UHGV virus genome: UHGV-0006354
Length of the DNA stretch: 30,849 bases
DNA from: a virus
Strand: one strand, 5' to 3'
Shown: one piece after another, positions 1 through 8,108 of the stretch
How positions within the stretch are numbered: position 1 is the first letter of the stretch
How the letters are laid out: every line of letters begins with the position of its first letter
Position numbers and translations under genes: made by a program
Notes under the pieces: model-generated
What the model was told of the DNA's origin: nothing
The model's input: only the letters and a program-made list of their open reading frames with translations
Database searches by the model: none

Positions 1-4
1 AGAT

Positions 5-32
5 AAAAAAGGGCCAGCCAATTGGCCAGCCC
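5..32 (-). terminator. Rho-independent terminator on minus strand, about 125 nt downstream of int
   Basis: Minus-strand RNA GGGCUGGCC-AAUU-GGCUGGCCC (9 bp stem with two G-U pairs) followed by UUUUUU (plus 5-10 is the A-run). Confidence 0.5.
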
Positions 33-158
33 TTCTTAACAGGATGTCGCTTAAGCGAAATCTTAGTTAAGACGCTCCTATTAACACCCCACAACAAACA
101 AACACTTACCATACAAAACAATTAGTTAAAGTAATTTTTAATGCAATGAATTGCAGTA

Positions 159-1208
159 TTATGCAACCTCTGCCGCCATATTGTCGCCAACATACAGCGA
201 TAACGGATTAAGGGTTACAGCTTGTTCAAGGTGGTCAGGAGCAAAGTGTGCATACTTCATTGTTTCTCGAATATTGGCATGCCCGAGAATTTTCTGCAGT
301 ACCAGTATATTCCCGCCGTTCATCATAAAATGCGCACCAAAAGTATGACGCAAAACGTGCGTCTTCTGCCCTTCCGTCAATTCAATATTCGTTAGTTTGA
401 GCATCTTCTTAAACTCCTGATAGCAGGGTTTAAACATTCTGCCTTGACGTACGGACAACTCGTCGTACAGCCATTTAGGAATAGGAACTGTGCGATTCTT
501 CTTACCTTTGGTTTTGGTGAACGTCAGTTTATATGGAGAAAGTTGAGGGCGGGTCAATCTCTCCGCTTCCCCCCATCGAGCGCCGGTTGCAAGGCACACC
601 TTAACAATCATGGTGAGGTCTTCTTTGCCGTATTGCTCGCAGGCTCGAAACAGCTCCGGGAGCTGAGACAAAGTTAGCCAGGACATTTCTTTCTCAGCCT
701 CTTTGAATACTCGGATCCCATCAAGTGGATTGGGTAGGCTCCACTCCCCTAACCGGCGGAGCTCATTAAACACTGCTTCTAGGTATTGTTGTTCGCGATT
801 GACGGTTATAGGTTTGGCGATCCATTTCGAGGGGTCTTTATGATAACCGTTGTCTATTTCACCACGTAATCGACGGTCACGATAATGAGCCCAGTCTTTC
901 GCGGTAAGGCGAGATGCAATCGGGTCACCAAGCCCATTACATACGATTTGAAGCTTTGCTAACCTCGACTTACTGGCGACTAACGCTTGACCGTGCAAAT
1001 TGTGCCAAAGCTGAATAATCTCGCTTAAGCGTCGGCGGTCTTCTTTCTTGCCGAGCCACGGCTTATCTTCACTCTCGCTTTTGGTAAATGCTTCAAATGC
1101 CTCGGCCTCACCTTTGGTATTGAATTGCCGACGTATACGCCGCCCTTCTCGACCATTTGGATAGAGTTCACACAACCATTTTCCACTTTTTTGTTTACTT
1201 ACAGTCAT
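159..1208 (-). CDS. int: Tyrosine site-specific integrase, P2/186 Int family
   Basis: 349 aa, ATG at 1206-1208; C-terminal catalytic region HTFGAHFMMNGGNILVLQKILGHANIRETMKYAHF (R..HxxR..Y) closely resembles P2 Int. Confidence 0.9.
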   Translation of the reverse strand: MTVSKQKSGKWLCELYPNGREGRRIRRQFNTKGEAEAFEAFTKSESEDKPWLGKKEDRRRLSEIIQLWHNLHGQALVASKSRLAKLQIVCNGLGDPIASRLTAKDWAHYRDRRLRGEIDNGYHKDPSKWIAKPITVNREQQYLEAVFNELRRLGEWSLPNPLDGIRVFKEAEKEMSWLTLSQLPELFRACEQYGKEDLTMIVKVCLATGARWGEAERLTRPQLSPYKLTFTKTKGKKNRTVPIPKWLYDELSVRQGRMFKPCYQEFKKMLKLTNIELTEGQKTHVLRHTFGAHFMMNGGNILVLQKILGHANIRETMKYAHFAPDHLEQAVTLNPLSLYVGDNMAAEVA

Positions 1209-1232
1209 TGCGATACCGAGGCTAAAAGAAAA

Positions 1233-1571
1233 TTAATTACAAAGGGCTGTAGCGGCATCAATCACCGGTGAAATTGAAATTTTAACGCCGTCATACTCAG
1301 GGTCATCCTTCCATACGTCATCTAAGTTAGACCCCTCCAGCTTTCCTGATTTAACAGCATCTACCGCCATGCCATTCAGAGGATATCTATCATCAGTTTT
1401 GATGTCATACACAAAAGCATAAGCACGGTTAACACATGATACCTTTGCCTTTTCAAAGGTTAGAGGCCACTTGTCACCATATGCAGCGCCGTCTATCTCT
1501 TTAAACTTCTCAGCGGCTATGGCTGAGGAAGAAAGTGCAATGCAGACTATCGCAAATATAAACTTTTTCAT
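1233..1571 (-). CDS. Small secreted/periplasmic protein of unknown function (cargo gene between int and cI)
   Basis: 112 aa; N-terminal signal peptide MKKFIFAIVCIALSSSAIAAE; two Cys (46 and 111); AAGGAG Shine-Dalgarno 7 nt upstream; visibly AT-richer than neighbours. Confidence 0.6.
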   Translation of the reverse strand: MKKFIFAIVCIALSSSAIAAEKFKEIDGAAYGDKWPLTFEKAKVSCVNRAYAFVYDIKTDDRYPLNGMAVDAVKSGKLEGSNLDDVWKDDPEYDGVKISISPVIDAATALCN

Positions 1572-1580
1572 TACTGCTCC

Positions 1581-2426
1581 TTAAACATGCTTTTCCAAAG
1601 TAAAAATAACCGCACCTGATGGTGTGATATCTGAAATATTACATTCAAACTCAGCAGACTTATTTGATAACCTGACCTTTCCGCCTGGCAACCTGATTAC
1701 GTCAAAAACATCGAGTGCGCCATCAATACCAATAAGCCAGCGACCATTTCCTATCTTCGAGTTAGAACTATCAACAAGCCAAGATGTGCTCACACCATCA
1801 ATAAACACTAAATCATCAGTATTTGATGGAACCATAGATATATCAGGAGTCCAGCGTCCGATATCTTTGAGTTCGCCCGCCTCGAGGCGGCACTTTCTAA
1901 TCGTTAAAGCATTTGCCGGTTCACCATCATTACTGTTACGCATCTGGCCTTTTCCGGTTGATAACCATTCTAACGATACGCCAGTATCAAGGGCGCAAGT
2001 GACAACCACGTCACCGGGGAAAAAATCGCGTCTAACCCAAGTGCTTATAGTGCCGGAAGATATACCTAATAAATCTCCAAGCTCTTTTTGCAGAGTAAAA
2101 CCATACGCATCGAGAATCCGACGCAGAACCGCCCTCCCTCCATTTGCCATGATTTCATCATAGAGTTGCTTACCTTTAAGCTTAGTTTTCACCACTTCAA
2201 ATCTTGCATTTGCAAGCTCACCATTAATTAGCCATCGCAGGTCAGCTCCAGTATCAAGAGCACACTCAACGAAAACGTTGCTAGGGATTACGTTTCTAGC
2301 AAGCCAGCTACTCACGTTGTTTGCATGTATGCCAAGCCTTTCGGCTAGTTCCTTTTGCTGCTTAAAGCCGTATGCAGAAAGGACACGTTCCAATGCGGCA
2401 GACGCATTAACATCATTTTTAGACAT
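1581..2426 (-). CDS. cI: CI-type immunity repressor with two tandem 186-CI-like HTH domains
   Basis: Track ORF 1581-2615 trimmed to internal ATG (MSKND) at 2424-2426; internal repeat YGFKQQKELAERLGI..VFVECALDTGADLRWLINGE and YGFTLQKELGDLLGI..VVVTCALDTGVSLEWLSTGKG; no recognisable S24 Ser-Lys autocleavage motif. Confidence 0.7.
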   Translation of the reverse strand: MSKNDVNASAALERVLSAYGFKQQKELAERLGIHANNVSSWLARNVIPSNVFVECALDTGADLRWLINGELANARFEVVKTKLKGKQLYDEIMANGGRAVLRRILDAYGFTLQKELGDLLGISSGTISTWVRRDFFPGDVVVTCALDTGVSLEWLSTGKGQMRNSNDGEPANALTIRKCRLEAGELKDIGRWTPDISMVPSNTDDLVFIDGVSTSWLVDSSNSKIGNGRWLIGIDGALDVFDVIRLPGGKVRLSNKSAEFECNISDITPSGAVIFTLEKHV

Positions 2427-2447
2427 GTGACACCAACAATAATTTTG

Positions 2448-2476
2448 TTTACAACCAAAATTTAGCGATCTATATT
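2448..2476 (+). promoter_or_regulatory. Candidate rightward lytic promoter (pR-like) in the cI/apl switch region
   Basis: -35 TTTACA (2448-2453), 17-nt spacer, -10 TATATT (2471-2476); about 60 nt upstream of the 2540 ATG. Confidence 0.4.
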
Positions 2477-2539
2477 GGTGCTCATCGACCAAGATGCACA
2501 CCACTGCACTACATTTCAAACAACAGGAGATAATGCGAT

Positions 2540-2911
2540 ATGTCAGATGCAAAATCAATCTCGACGAACGACTCGCAAAACTCACAAAATCAAACTGTGA
2601 TGCTAGATCCAACACAGTTTGATGCCATCGTTACCGCCATGCTGCCAGCTCTACAGACAATGATTCGCTCCGCTATGTCAGACACGATGACTGTGAAAGA
2701 CTTCGCCGCTACTCGCGGTGTTAGCGAGCGTCTGGTCTGGCAATGGCTCGATGAGGGAGTCCTTCTCAAAGCTCCGACCAAAGACTTTTCCAACAAAGAG
2801 GAAGCTGCTAAACGAAGCCGAACCCTCGTAAATGTAAAAGCATGGCGCGATAAGCTGACTCAACAAGCGATTGATTGTCGCTACATCGACCAGCGCACCG
2901 CTCTTAACTGA
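2540..2911 (+). CDS. Apl/Cox-like HTH regulator-excisionase, first gene of the lytic operon
   Basis: 123 aa, divergent from cI; HTH-like segment VKDFAATRGVSERLVWQWLDEGVL; an internal start at MLDPTQ (2600) is possible. Confidence 0.55.
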   Translation: MSDAKSISTNDSQNSQNQTVMLDPTQFDAIVTAMLPALQTMIRSAMSDTMTVKDFAATRGVSERLVWQWLDEGVLLKAPTKDFSNKEEAAKRSRTLVNVKAWRDKLTQQAIDCRYIDQRTALN

Positions 2912-2943
2912 ATTTGATTATGCAAGTTAGAGGGAATTTAACC

Positions 2944-3453
2944 ATGTTTGATTTTCAGGTTTCCAAACATCCCCACTATGACGAAGCATGCCGCATTTTC
3001 GCACAGCGTCACAACATGGCGAAGCTGGCCGAGCGTGCAGGTATGAACGTTCAAACGTTACGTAACAAGCTCAACCCGGAACAGCCTCACCAGTTCACGC
3101 CGCCTGAATTGTGGCTGCTGACTGACCTGACCGAAGACTCAACCCTCATTGATGGTTTTTTAGCGCAGATTCACTGCCTACCATGCGTGCCGGTTAATGA
3201 GTTGGCTAAAGACAAATTGCAGTCTTATGTCATGCGCGCAATGCGTGAACTCGGCGAACTGGCGAGCGGCGCGGTATCTGATGAACGTCTGACCACTGCC
3301 CGTAAGCACAACATGATTGAAAGCGTTAACTCCGGCATTCGCATGTTGTCATTGTCGGCTCTGGCGCTGCATGCACGTCTGCAGACTAATCCAGCTATGT
3401 CGAGCGTGGTCGATACCATGAGCGGTATTGGCGCATCGTTTGGTCTGATTTGA
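2944..3453 (+). CDS. cII: CII-like lysogeny-establishment transcriptional activator (186 CII type)
   Basis: 169 aa from ATG 2944 (track ORF begins at TTG 2914); GAGGG Shine-Dalgarno; N-terminus MFDFQVSKHPHYDEACRIFAQRHNMAKLAERAGMNVQTLRNKLNPEQ matches my recollection of 186 CII. Confidence 0.7.
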   Translation: MFDFQVSKHPHYDEACRIFAQRHNMAKLAERAGMNVQTLRNKLNPEQPHQFTPPELWLLTDLTEDSTLIDGFLAQIHCLPCVPVNELAKDKLQSYVMRAMRELGELASGAVSDERLTTARKHNMIESVNSGIRMLSLSALALHARLQTNPAMSSVVDTMSGIGASFGLI

Positions 3454-3460
3454 GGTGCGT

Positions 3461-3661
3461 ATGCTGAAAAGTGAACCGTCATTCGCATCTCTGATCGTTA
3501 AGCAAAGCCCCGGCATGCACTACGGCCACGGCTGGATCGCAGGTAAGGACGGCAAGCGCTGGCACCCGAGCCACTCGCAGGCTGATTTACTGGCTGGCCT
3601 CTCTACTCAAAAGCGGGGGGGATCATGGCTATCGAAGCTGTTTCCGCGACTGTTCCGCTAA
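3461..3661 (+). CDS. Hypothetical early protein
   Basis: 66 aa from ATG 3461 (track start GTG 3455), immediately after the cII stop. Confidence 0.4.
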   Translation: MLKSEPSFASLIVKQSPGMHYGHGWIAGKDGKRWHPSHSQADLLAGLSTQKRGGSWLSKLFPRLFR

Positions 3662-3963
3662 AAGCGGGTGAACGTCTGGCTGGTCTCAATCATGTTGCCG
3701 AATTGCGCGCGAGATATTGGGGCGATAGCTGGAAAGAGGTTGAACGTTTTGTCGATGATATGCGCGATAAACGTGACCCACAATTTGAAGAAAATAATCG
3801 GGCGCTGGCCGCTATTTTCTTTCTGGCAAAAATACCGGCGGCTCGTCATGAACTCGAATTAAGTGAGCTGACTACTGACGAGAAAAAGGCGCTTATTACA
3901 GCGATGAATCATTTTCGTGCAGTAGTGAGCTTATTTCCCAAACGGCTAACCATGCCGAATTAA
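3625..3963 (+). CDS. Hypothetical early protein
   Basis: 112 aa; GGGGG Shine-Dalgarno before ATG; overlaps the previous ORF 3' end in another frame. Confidence 0.5.
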   Translation: MAIEAVSATVPLKAGERLAGLNHVAELRARYWGDSWKEVERFVDDMRDKRDPQFEENNRALAAIFFLAKIPAARHELELSELTTDEKKALITAMNHFRAVVSLFPKRLTMPN

Positions 3964-4030
3964 TCCAAACAGAAATTTAATGGCGTAAACCCGCCGGGCA
4001 TCTTATTGCCCGAAATCAGGAGAGTTAATT

Positions 4031-4258
4031 ATGCGTAATACCGATATCCGTAGTTTTAACACTGATAGCAATGCGCTGGCCGTATTGCTGACCGATGCAA
4101 AAAAAGAAGAGCGTAAAGACCGCGCGCTCGCTGTTTCCATCCGCCTTGAGGCGCTGGCTATCCATATTACCAGAGAGGGTATGAGCGGCACCGAAGCTGC
4201 CGAACTGCTGCGCCGTGAAGCAAACCGCTTTGAGAATGAATCACAGGAGCTGCACTAA
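4031..4258 (+). CDS. Hypothetical early protein
   Basis: 75 aa; AGGAG Shine-Dalgarno; charged helical composition. Confidence 0.55.
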   Translation: MRNTDIRSFNTDSNALAVLLTDAKKEERKDRALAVSIRLEALAIHITREGMSGTEAAELLRREANRFENESQELH

Positions 4259-4479
4259 TGGCCGACGCAATGGATTTAGCACAACTGCGCGAGCAGGAAG
4301 ACCGCGAACGCCACATCAGCAACGCACGCACCCGTATCGCTGCACCTTCCCGTTTTCTTTGCGAGGAATGTGACACACCAATCCCGGAAGCTCGCCGCAT
4401 TGCGATTCCGGGCGTGGCTTTTTGCGTAACCTGCCAGCAAATAGCAGAGCTAAAAAACAAACACTATCGGGGGGTATAA
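4258..4479 (+). CDS. TraR/DksA-family C4 zinc-finger protein
   Basis: 73 aa; CEECDTPIPEARRIAIPGVAFCVTC (CxxC-N17-CxxC); ATG overlaps upstream stop; position immediately before gene A as in P2-like phages. Confidence 0.7.
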   Translation: MADAMDLAQLREQEDRERHISNARTRIAAPSRFLCEECDTPIPEARRIAIPGVAFCVTCQQIAELKNKHYRGV

Positions 4480-4480
4480 A

Positions 4481-6703
4481 TTGGCTGTTCAATTCGCTTA
4501 TCCGTGGAACGTCCCACGGTCGGCAATCTCCAGCCCATACCTTACTTATGAGCAACAGCATCGCCGCGACCGTATGTTCGCGGCTTTGCTGCATGCAAAA
4601 AAGGTGCTTTCTCTCCAGCCCGACTGCGTGCGGTTAGATGTTTATCGCACTGCTGCGGTGCTGGAGCAAAATCAGGGTAGTCAACGAGCCAATGCATTTT
4701 TAATCAACTTCTGCAAAAAGGCATTGCCGCGTCTTGAACTGGTCGCAAAAAAATACGAATGCGCTGGTATCAATAGCAAGGTATCAACCGCTGTTTTTGG
4801 AAGTCATTTTGATACTCAGCAAATGCAATATCTGTCGTCACGCATGGTTAATATGGTCGCCCGATATAACCGTCTCCCGGATATGTCGCGCGCTGATGTT
4901 GACCTGTTGGCCGCTGATATTGCTAATTTCATTCGTGGTGAACTTGCCAACATTAATGACCACGGATTCGGCGAGCTTAAAACGCTGTACACCTGGTATA
5001 TTCGTGCTGGCTTTATTTCCCTCCAATTTAACGTTATCCCACCACATTGGGAGCGGGTTGAAAAAAAATATGTCGGTGCGGATGAAATCGCACCGGCTAT
5101 CGCCAAAATGTTTAACGATGGGTGGTGGCGCGGTCGTTTGCGCCGTGTTGCAGCTACGTGGCGCGAACACCTGCAAATTGCAGTCGGCAACGTCAGTAAG
5201 AAAAAAAACACTTACGCGAGTAAAAACTGCGTGACTGACTGGCGTGAACAAAAGCGCCGCACTCGTGAATTTCTCAAAGGTCTGGATCTCGAAGACGAAG
5301 ACGGCAACCGTATCAGCCTGATTGAAAAATATGATGGCTCAGTTGCTAACCCTGCGATTCGCCGCTGTGAGCTCATGACCCGCATTCGTGGGTTTGAAAA
5401 CATCTGTAATGAGCTCGGTTATGTCGGTGAGTTTTACACTCTAACCGCGCCGTCAAAATATCACGCCACGACTAAAGCCGGTTACCGTAACAGCAAATGG
5501 AGCGGTGCCAGCCCGGCTGACACGCAAAACTATCTAACCGGTATCTGGGCGCGTATCCGTGCCAAACTACATCGGGAAGATGTCCGTATTTTCGGTATTC
5601 GTGTCGCCGAGCCTCATCACGACGGCACTCCACACTGGCACATGCTGATGTTCATGCTGCCGGAAGATGTTGAATATGTTCGCTCCATCGTCCGTAAATA
5701 CGCATGGAAAGAAGACCGCCACGAACTGAAAAGCGATAAATCCAAAAAAGCACGTTTCCACGCCGAGTCCATTGACCCAGAGAAAGGGAGCGCAACCGGC
5801 TATGTTGCTAAATACATTTCAAAAAATATCGACGGTTATGCTCTCGATGGTGAAACCGATGATGAAAGCGGTGAGCTGCTGAAAGAGACAGCCCCCGCCG
5901 TTTCAGCATGGGCTGCGCGCTGGCACATCCGTCAGTTTCAGTTTATCGGTGGTGCGCCGGTGACGGTTTACCGTGAGTTGCGTCGCCTCGCTGATACCGA
6001 AACCGCGCACGGACTGAGCGTTGAGTTTGCCGCCGTCCATGATGCCGCCGACGCTGGTGACTGGGCTGGTTATGTTAATGCTCAGGGTGGGCCGTTTGTC
6101 CGTCGCGATGATTTACAGGTGCGCACACTGTATGAACCGCGTACCGAGCTTAATCAGTACGGTGAGGAAACAGTATGTATTAAGGGAGTCTACGATTCCT
6201 CCATAGGTGCAGGGAGTCCGATTTTAACCCGGCTCACTCAGTGGAAGATTGTTCCGAAGCGTGCTGTTGATTTGGCCGTTGACCTTCAGGACGGCAAAGC
6301 CGTCCCTCGGAGTTCTGTCAATAACTGTACGGGAAGCGAAAGCGATCCACCGATACTGGATTTAACAAAACCACTGAGTCGGCGTGAAAGACGAGAATTG
6401 ACCAACCGACTCAGGAAGCAAAAGCCAGCAGCACGGCGAAAATTCATCCACGGAACGGATGAGCAAAACGCAGCTATAGCTAAAACTATCGACGAGATAC
6501 ATCTGACAACCGGCATTAATATCAGCCGGGGCGAAGCCCTGCACCTGATGGCCGGTGGTAAAAGTTGTTTTGATGGTAAATGGCTACGCGGAACGGCCAA
6601 AGGAGAAATATTTTCCGCAGCACCATCGCATGAGGCTAAAGCTCGGAAAATCCTTAATCGTGTTGCGGCGATGGCTGAAGCATCAAAACCAATACATGAG
6701 TAA
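4481..6703 (+). CDS. A: Rolling-circle replication initiation endonuclease (P2 gpA family)
   Basis: 740 aa; TTG start with N-terminus MAV..AYPWNVPR like P2 A; conserved EPHHDGTPHWHMLMF HUH-type motif and YVAKYISKNIDGY tyrosine motif. Confidence 0.85.
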   Translation: MAVQFAYPWNVPRSAISSPYLTYEQQHRRDRMFAALLHAKKVLSLQPDCVRLDVYRTAAVLEQNQGSQRANAFLINFCKKALPRLELVAKKYECAGINSKVSTAVFGSHFDTQQMQYLSSRMVNMVARYNRLPDMSRADVDLLAADIANFIRGELANINDHGFGELKTLYTWYIRAGFISLQFNVIPPHWERVEKKYVGADEIAPAIAKMFNDGWWRGRLRRVAATWREHLQIAVGNVSKKKNTYASKNCVTDWREQKRRTREFLKGLDLEDEDGNRISLIEKYDGSVANPAIRRCELMTRIRGFENICNELGYVGEFYTLTAPSKYHATTKAGYRNSKWSGASPADTQNYLTGIWARIRAKLHREDVRIFGIRVAEPHHDGTPHWHMLMFMLPEDVEYVRSIVRKYAWKEDRHELKSDKSKKARFHAESIDPEKGSATGYVAKYISKNIDGYALDGETDDESGELLKETAPAVSAWAARWHIRQFQFIGGAPVTVYRELRRLADTETAHGLSVEFAAVHDAADAGDWAGYVNAQGGPFVRRDDLQVRTLYEPRTELNQYGEETVCIKGVYDSSIGAGSPILTRLTQWKIVPKRAVDLAVDLQDGKAVPRSSVNNCTGSESDPPILDLTKPLSRRERRELTNRLRKQKPAARRKFIHGTDEQNAAIAKTIDEIHLTTGINISRGEALHLMAGGKSCFDGKWLRGTAKGEIFSAAPSHEAKARKILNRVAAMAEASKPIHE

Positions 6704-6777
6704 TTCATATCCATATCATGCACATACAGCAATCGCTCTATTCGTTTTTTTTCTTCCCATCTTTTGCCAATACGTGC

Positions 6778-6797
6778 TACTGTATAAATATACAGTA
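6778..6797 (+). promoter_or_regulatory. LexA operator (SOS box) 20 nt upstream of the 6817 ORF
   Basis: TACTGTATAAATATACAGTA; CTGT-N8-ACAG at 6780-6795, near-perfect match to the E. coli LexA consensus. Confidence 0.7.
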
Positions 6798-6816
6798 ACC
6801 CTATGGGAGGGATTTC

Positions 6817-6999
6817 ATGGTTGGCGAACATTTCAGCCGAACGCAGCAAAAGTGGGCTTGTGTGCAATTTATTGCCGAGGTATCTCTGATTGCAAACTGC
6901 AAGCCATCAGACTTAAAGCTCGCGCTCACTCTCATTGCAGACCTAGCAAACAGCGAAAATAACGAAACCGAAGATGATAATTTTTATAAGGCTGATTAG
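6817..6999 (+). CDS. LexA-controlled small protein, candidate Tum-like antirepressor module
   Basis: 60 aa; GGGAGG Shine-Dalgarno; directly downstream of the SOS box; ends at TAG in the same frame as the following DinI-like ORF. Confidence 0.5.
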   Translation: MVGEHFSRTQQKWACVQFIAEVSLIANCKPSDLKLALTLIADLANSENNETEDDNFYKAD

Positions 7000-7002
7000 A
7001 TT

Positions 7003-7236
7003 ATGAGAATCAATATCACGTTGGATAAAGAGCAAAAAATTAGTCAGACAACGTTGGATGCACTTGAGGCTGAGCTGTACCGCAATCTTCAACCTATTTA
7101 CCCAAAGACTGCTATCCGCATTCGTAAGGGCTCAGCTAATGGCGTTGAGCTAAGCGGTTTGAAACTGGACGAAGATAAAAAACGAGTGATGGAAATCATG
7201 CAGCAGGTATGGGAGGACGATAGCTGGCTGCATTAA
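7003..7236 (+). CDS. DinI-family protein
   Basis: 77 aa; MRINITLDKEQKIS...ALEAEL...KKRVMEIMQQVWEDDSWLH follows the E. coli DinI pattern (MRIEV..., ...ISEILQETWESADDW). Confidence 0.7.
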   Translation: MRINITLDKEQKISQTTLDALEAELYRNLQPIYPKTAIRIRKGSANGVELSGLKLDEDKKRVMEIMQQVWEDDSWLH

Positions 7237-7240
7237 CAAA

Positions 7241-7307
7241 CGCCGTCGGTGCTGAATCTTGCTTTCAGTGCTGACGGGGTTGAACCACTGGCTCCGCGAG
7301 ACGTTAG
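7241..7307 (+). repeat. Direct repeat copy A (67 bp, about 82 percent identical to copy B)
   Basis: Starts 5 nt after the DinI-like stop; conserved hairpin CTGAA-N7-TTCAG. Confidence 0.6.
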
Positions 7308-7431
7308 TTCTACCTTTCAAACTTTCTCGATGTTTTATTGGTTACACACCGGTGAATAATGGGACGTTACCTTAGAGGATTTTATAGTGGCGCTTTGACA
7401 GCACTGAATAAAATTCATTGAGGGCGATAAT

Positions 7432-7641
7432 ATGCATCGACTACCGGGCGAAATTCCGCAGCACAAAACTAAAAGCATAAAACTGATGGCTATCGTTCAT
7501 CGCTTGCAGACGATAATGGTCAATGAGAATCTGACGCCAGCAGAATTAGTCGGGTGTGCAGAAGTAGTCAGAGATAACTACGGCAAGCTGGACGATATCA
7601 GCAGACCGACACATTACGCACCGCCACCACATCGACCATAG
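7432..7641 (+). CDS. Hypothetical protein
   Basis: 69 aa; GAGGG Shine-Dalgarno; bracketed by repeat copies A and B. Confidence 0.45.
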   Translation: MHRLPGEIPQHKTKSIKLMAIVHRLQTIMVNENLTPAELVGCAEVVRDNYGKLDDISRPTHYAPPPHRP

Positions 7642-7645
7642 ATAA

Positions 7646-7712
7646 CGCCGCCGGAGCTGAAACTCGCTTTCAGGTCTGGCGGGGTTGAACAACGAGCTAC
7701 GCGAGGCGTTAG
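7646..7712 (+). repeat. Direct repeat copy B (67 bp)
   Basis: Starts 5 nt after the 7432-7641 stop; hairpin CTGAAA-N5-TTTCAG with compensatory change relative to copy A. Confidence 0.6.
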
Positions 7713-7774
7713 CTGGTCATAGCGTCGCAAATGCTTTAGCCGTCTGCTGGTTAAATAATTCGAGGTTTTTGGAC

Positions 7775-7969
7775 ATGCAAAATCCCCTTTCATCGAAAAA
7801 AGACCCGTTTGCCGATTGGGCAAAGAATCTGACTTTAATGGCTTTAAATAACGACCTGAGCTCTCGCGAGGTGGAAAGCTACACCGCAAAAATGGTCGGG
7901 CAGGCCAGTAAAGATGAGCTTTCAGCCGTTATCAAACACCTATTAAATCACATCAGAATGCGCAAATAA
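7775..7969 (+). CDS. Hypothetical protein
   Basis: Track ORF 7685-7969 begins at TTG inside repeat B; internal ATG at 7775 (MQNPLSSKK...) gives 64 aa; start uncertain. Confidence 0.35.
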   Translation: MQNPLSSKKDPFADWAKNLTLMALNNDLSSREVESYTAKMVGQASKDELSAVIKHLLNHIRMRK

Positions 7970-7984
7970 GAGGAGCTATATAAT

Positions 7985-8086
7985 ATGTTATCTCTCGTTT
8001 ATGAAAATCCGTGGACGACGGTTTTTCTGCTGATTGTTGCCAGTTGTTGTCTCAACAGTATTATTGGCGCATTGCGCAACAAGTGA
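7985..8086 (+). CDS. Small hydrophobic peptide (33 aa), single predicted transmembrane helix
   Basis: MLSLVYENPWTTVFLLIVASCCLNSIIGALRNK; AGGAG Shine-Dalgarno 8 nt upstream; below the ORF-track size cut-off; terminator follows. Confidence 0.35.
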   Translation: MLSLVYENPWTTVFLLIVASCCLNSIIGALRNK

Positions 8087-8108
8087 CCTCAATAAATCTG
8101 ATTCAAAT

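Noticed and set aside
444-677. Many ORFs of 60-200 aa on the strand opposite to long phage genes (for example 444-677, 1624-2163, 2590-2796, 4816-5211, 6286-6867, 10918-11334, 11222-11851, 13671-14288, 15118-15765, 19459-20256, 21883-22461, 24713-25150, 26919-27299, 29748-30275)
   Set aside because: They lie antisense to or overlap well-supported phage genes of known size and order, lack Shine-Dalgarno sequences, and have the Arg/Ala/Ser-rich composition typical of spurious frames in GC-rich DNA.
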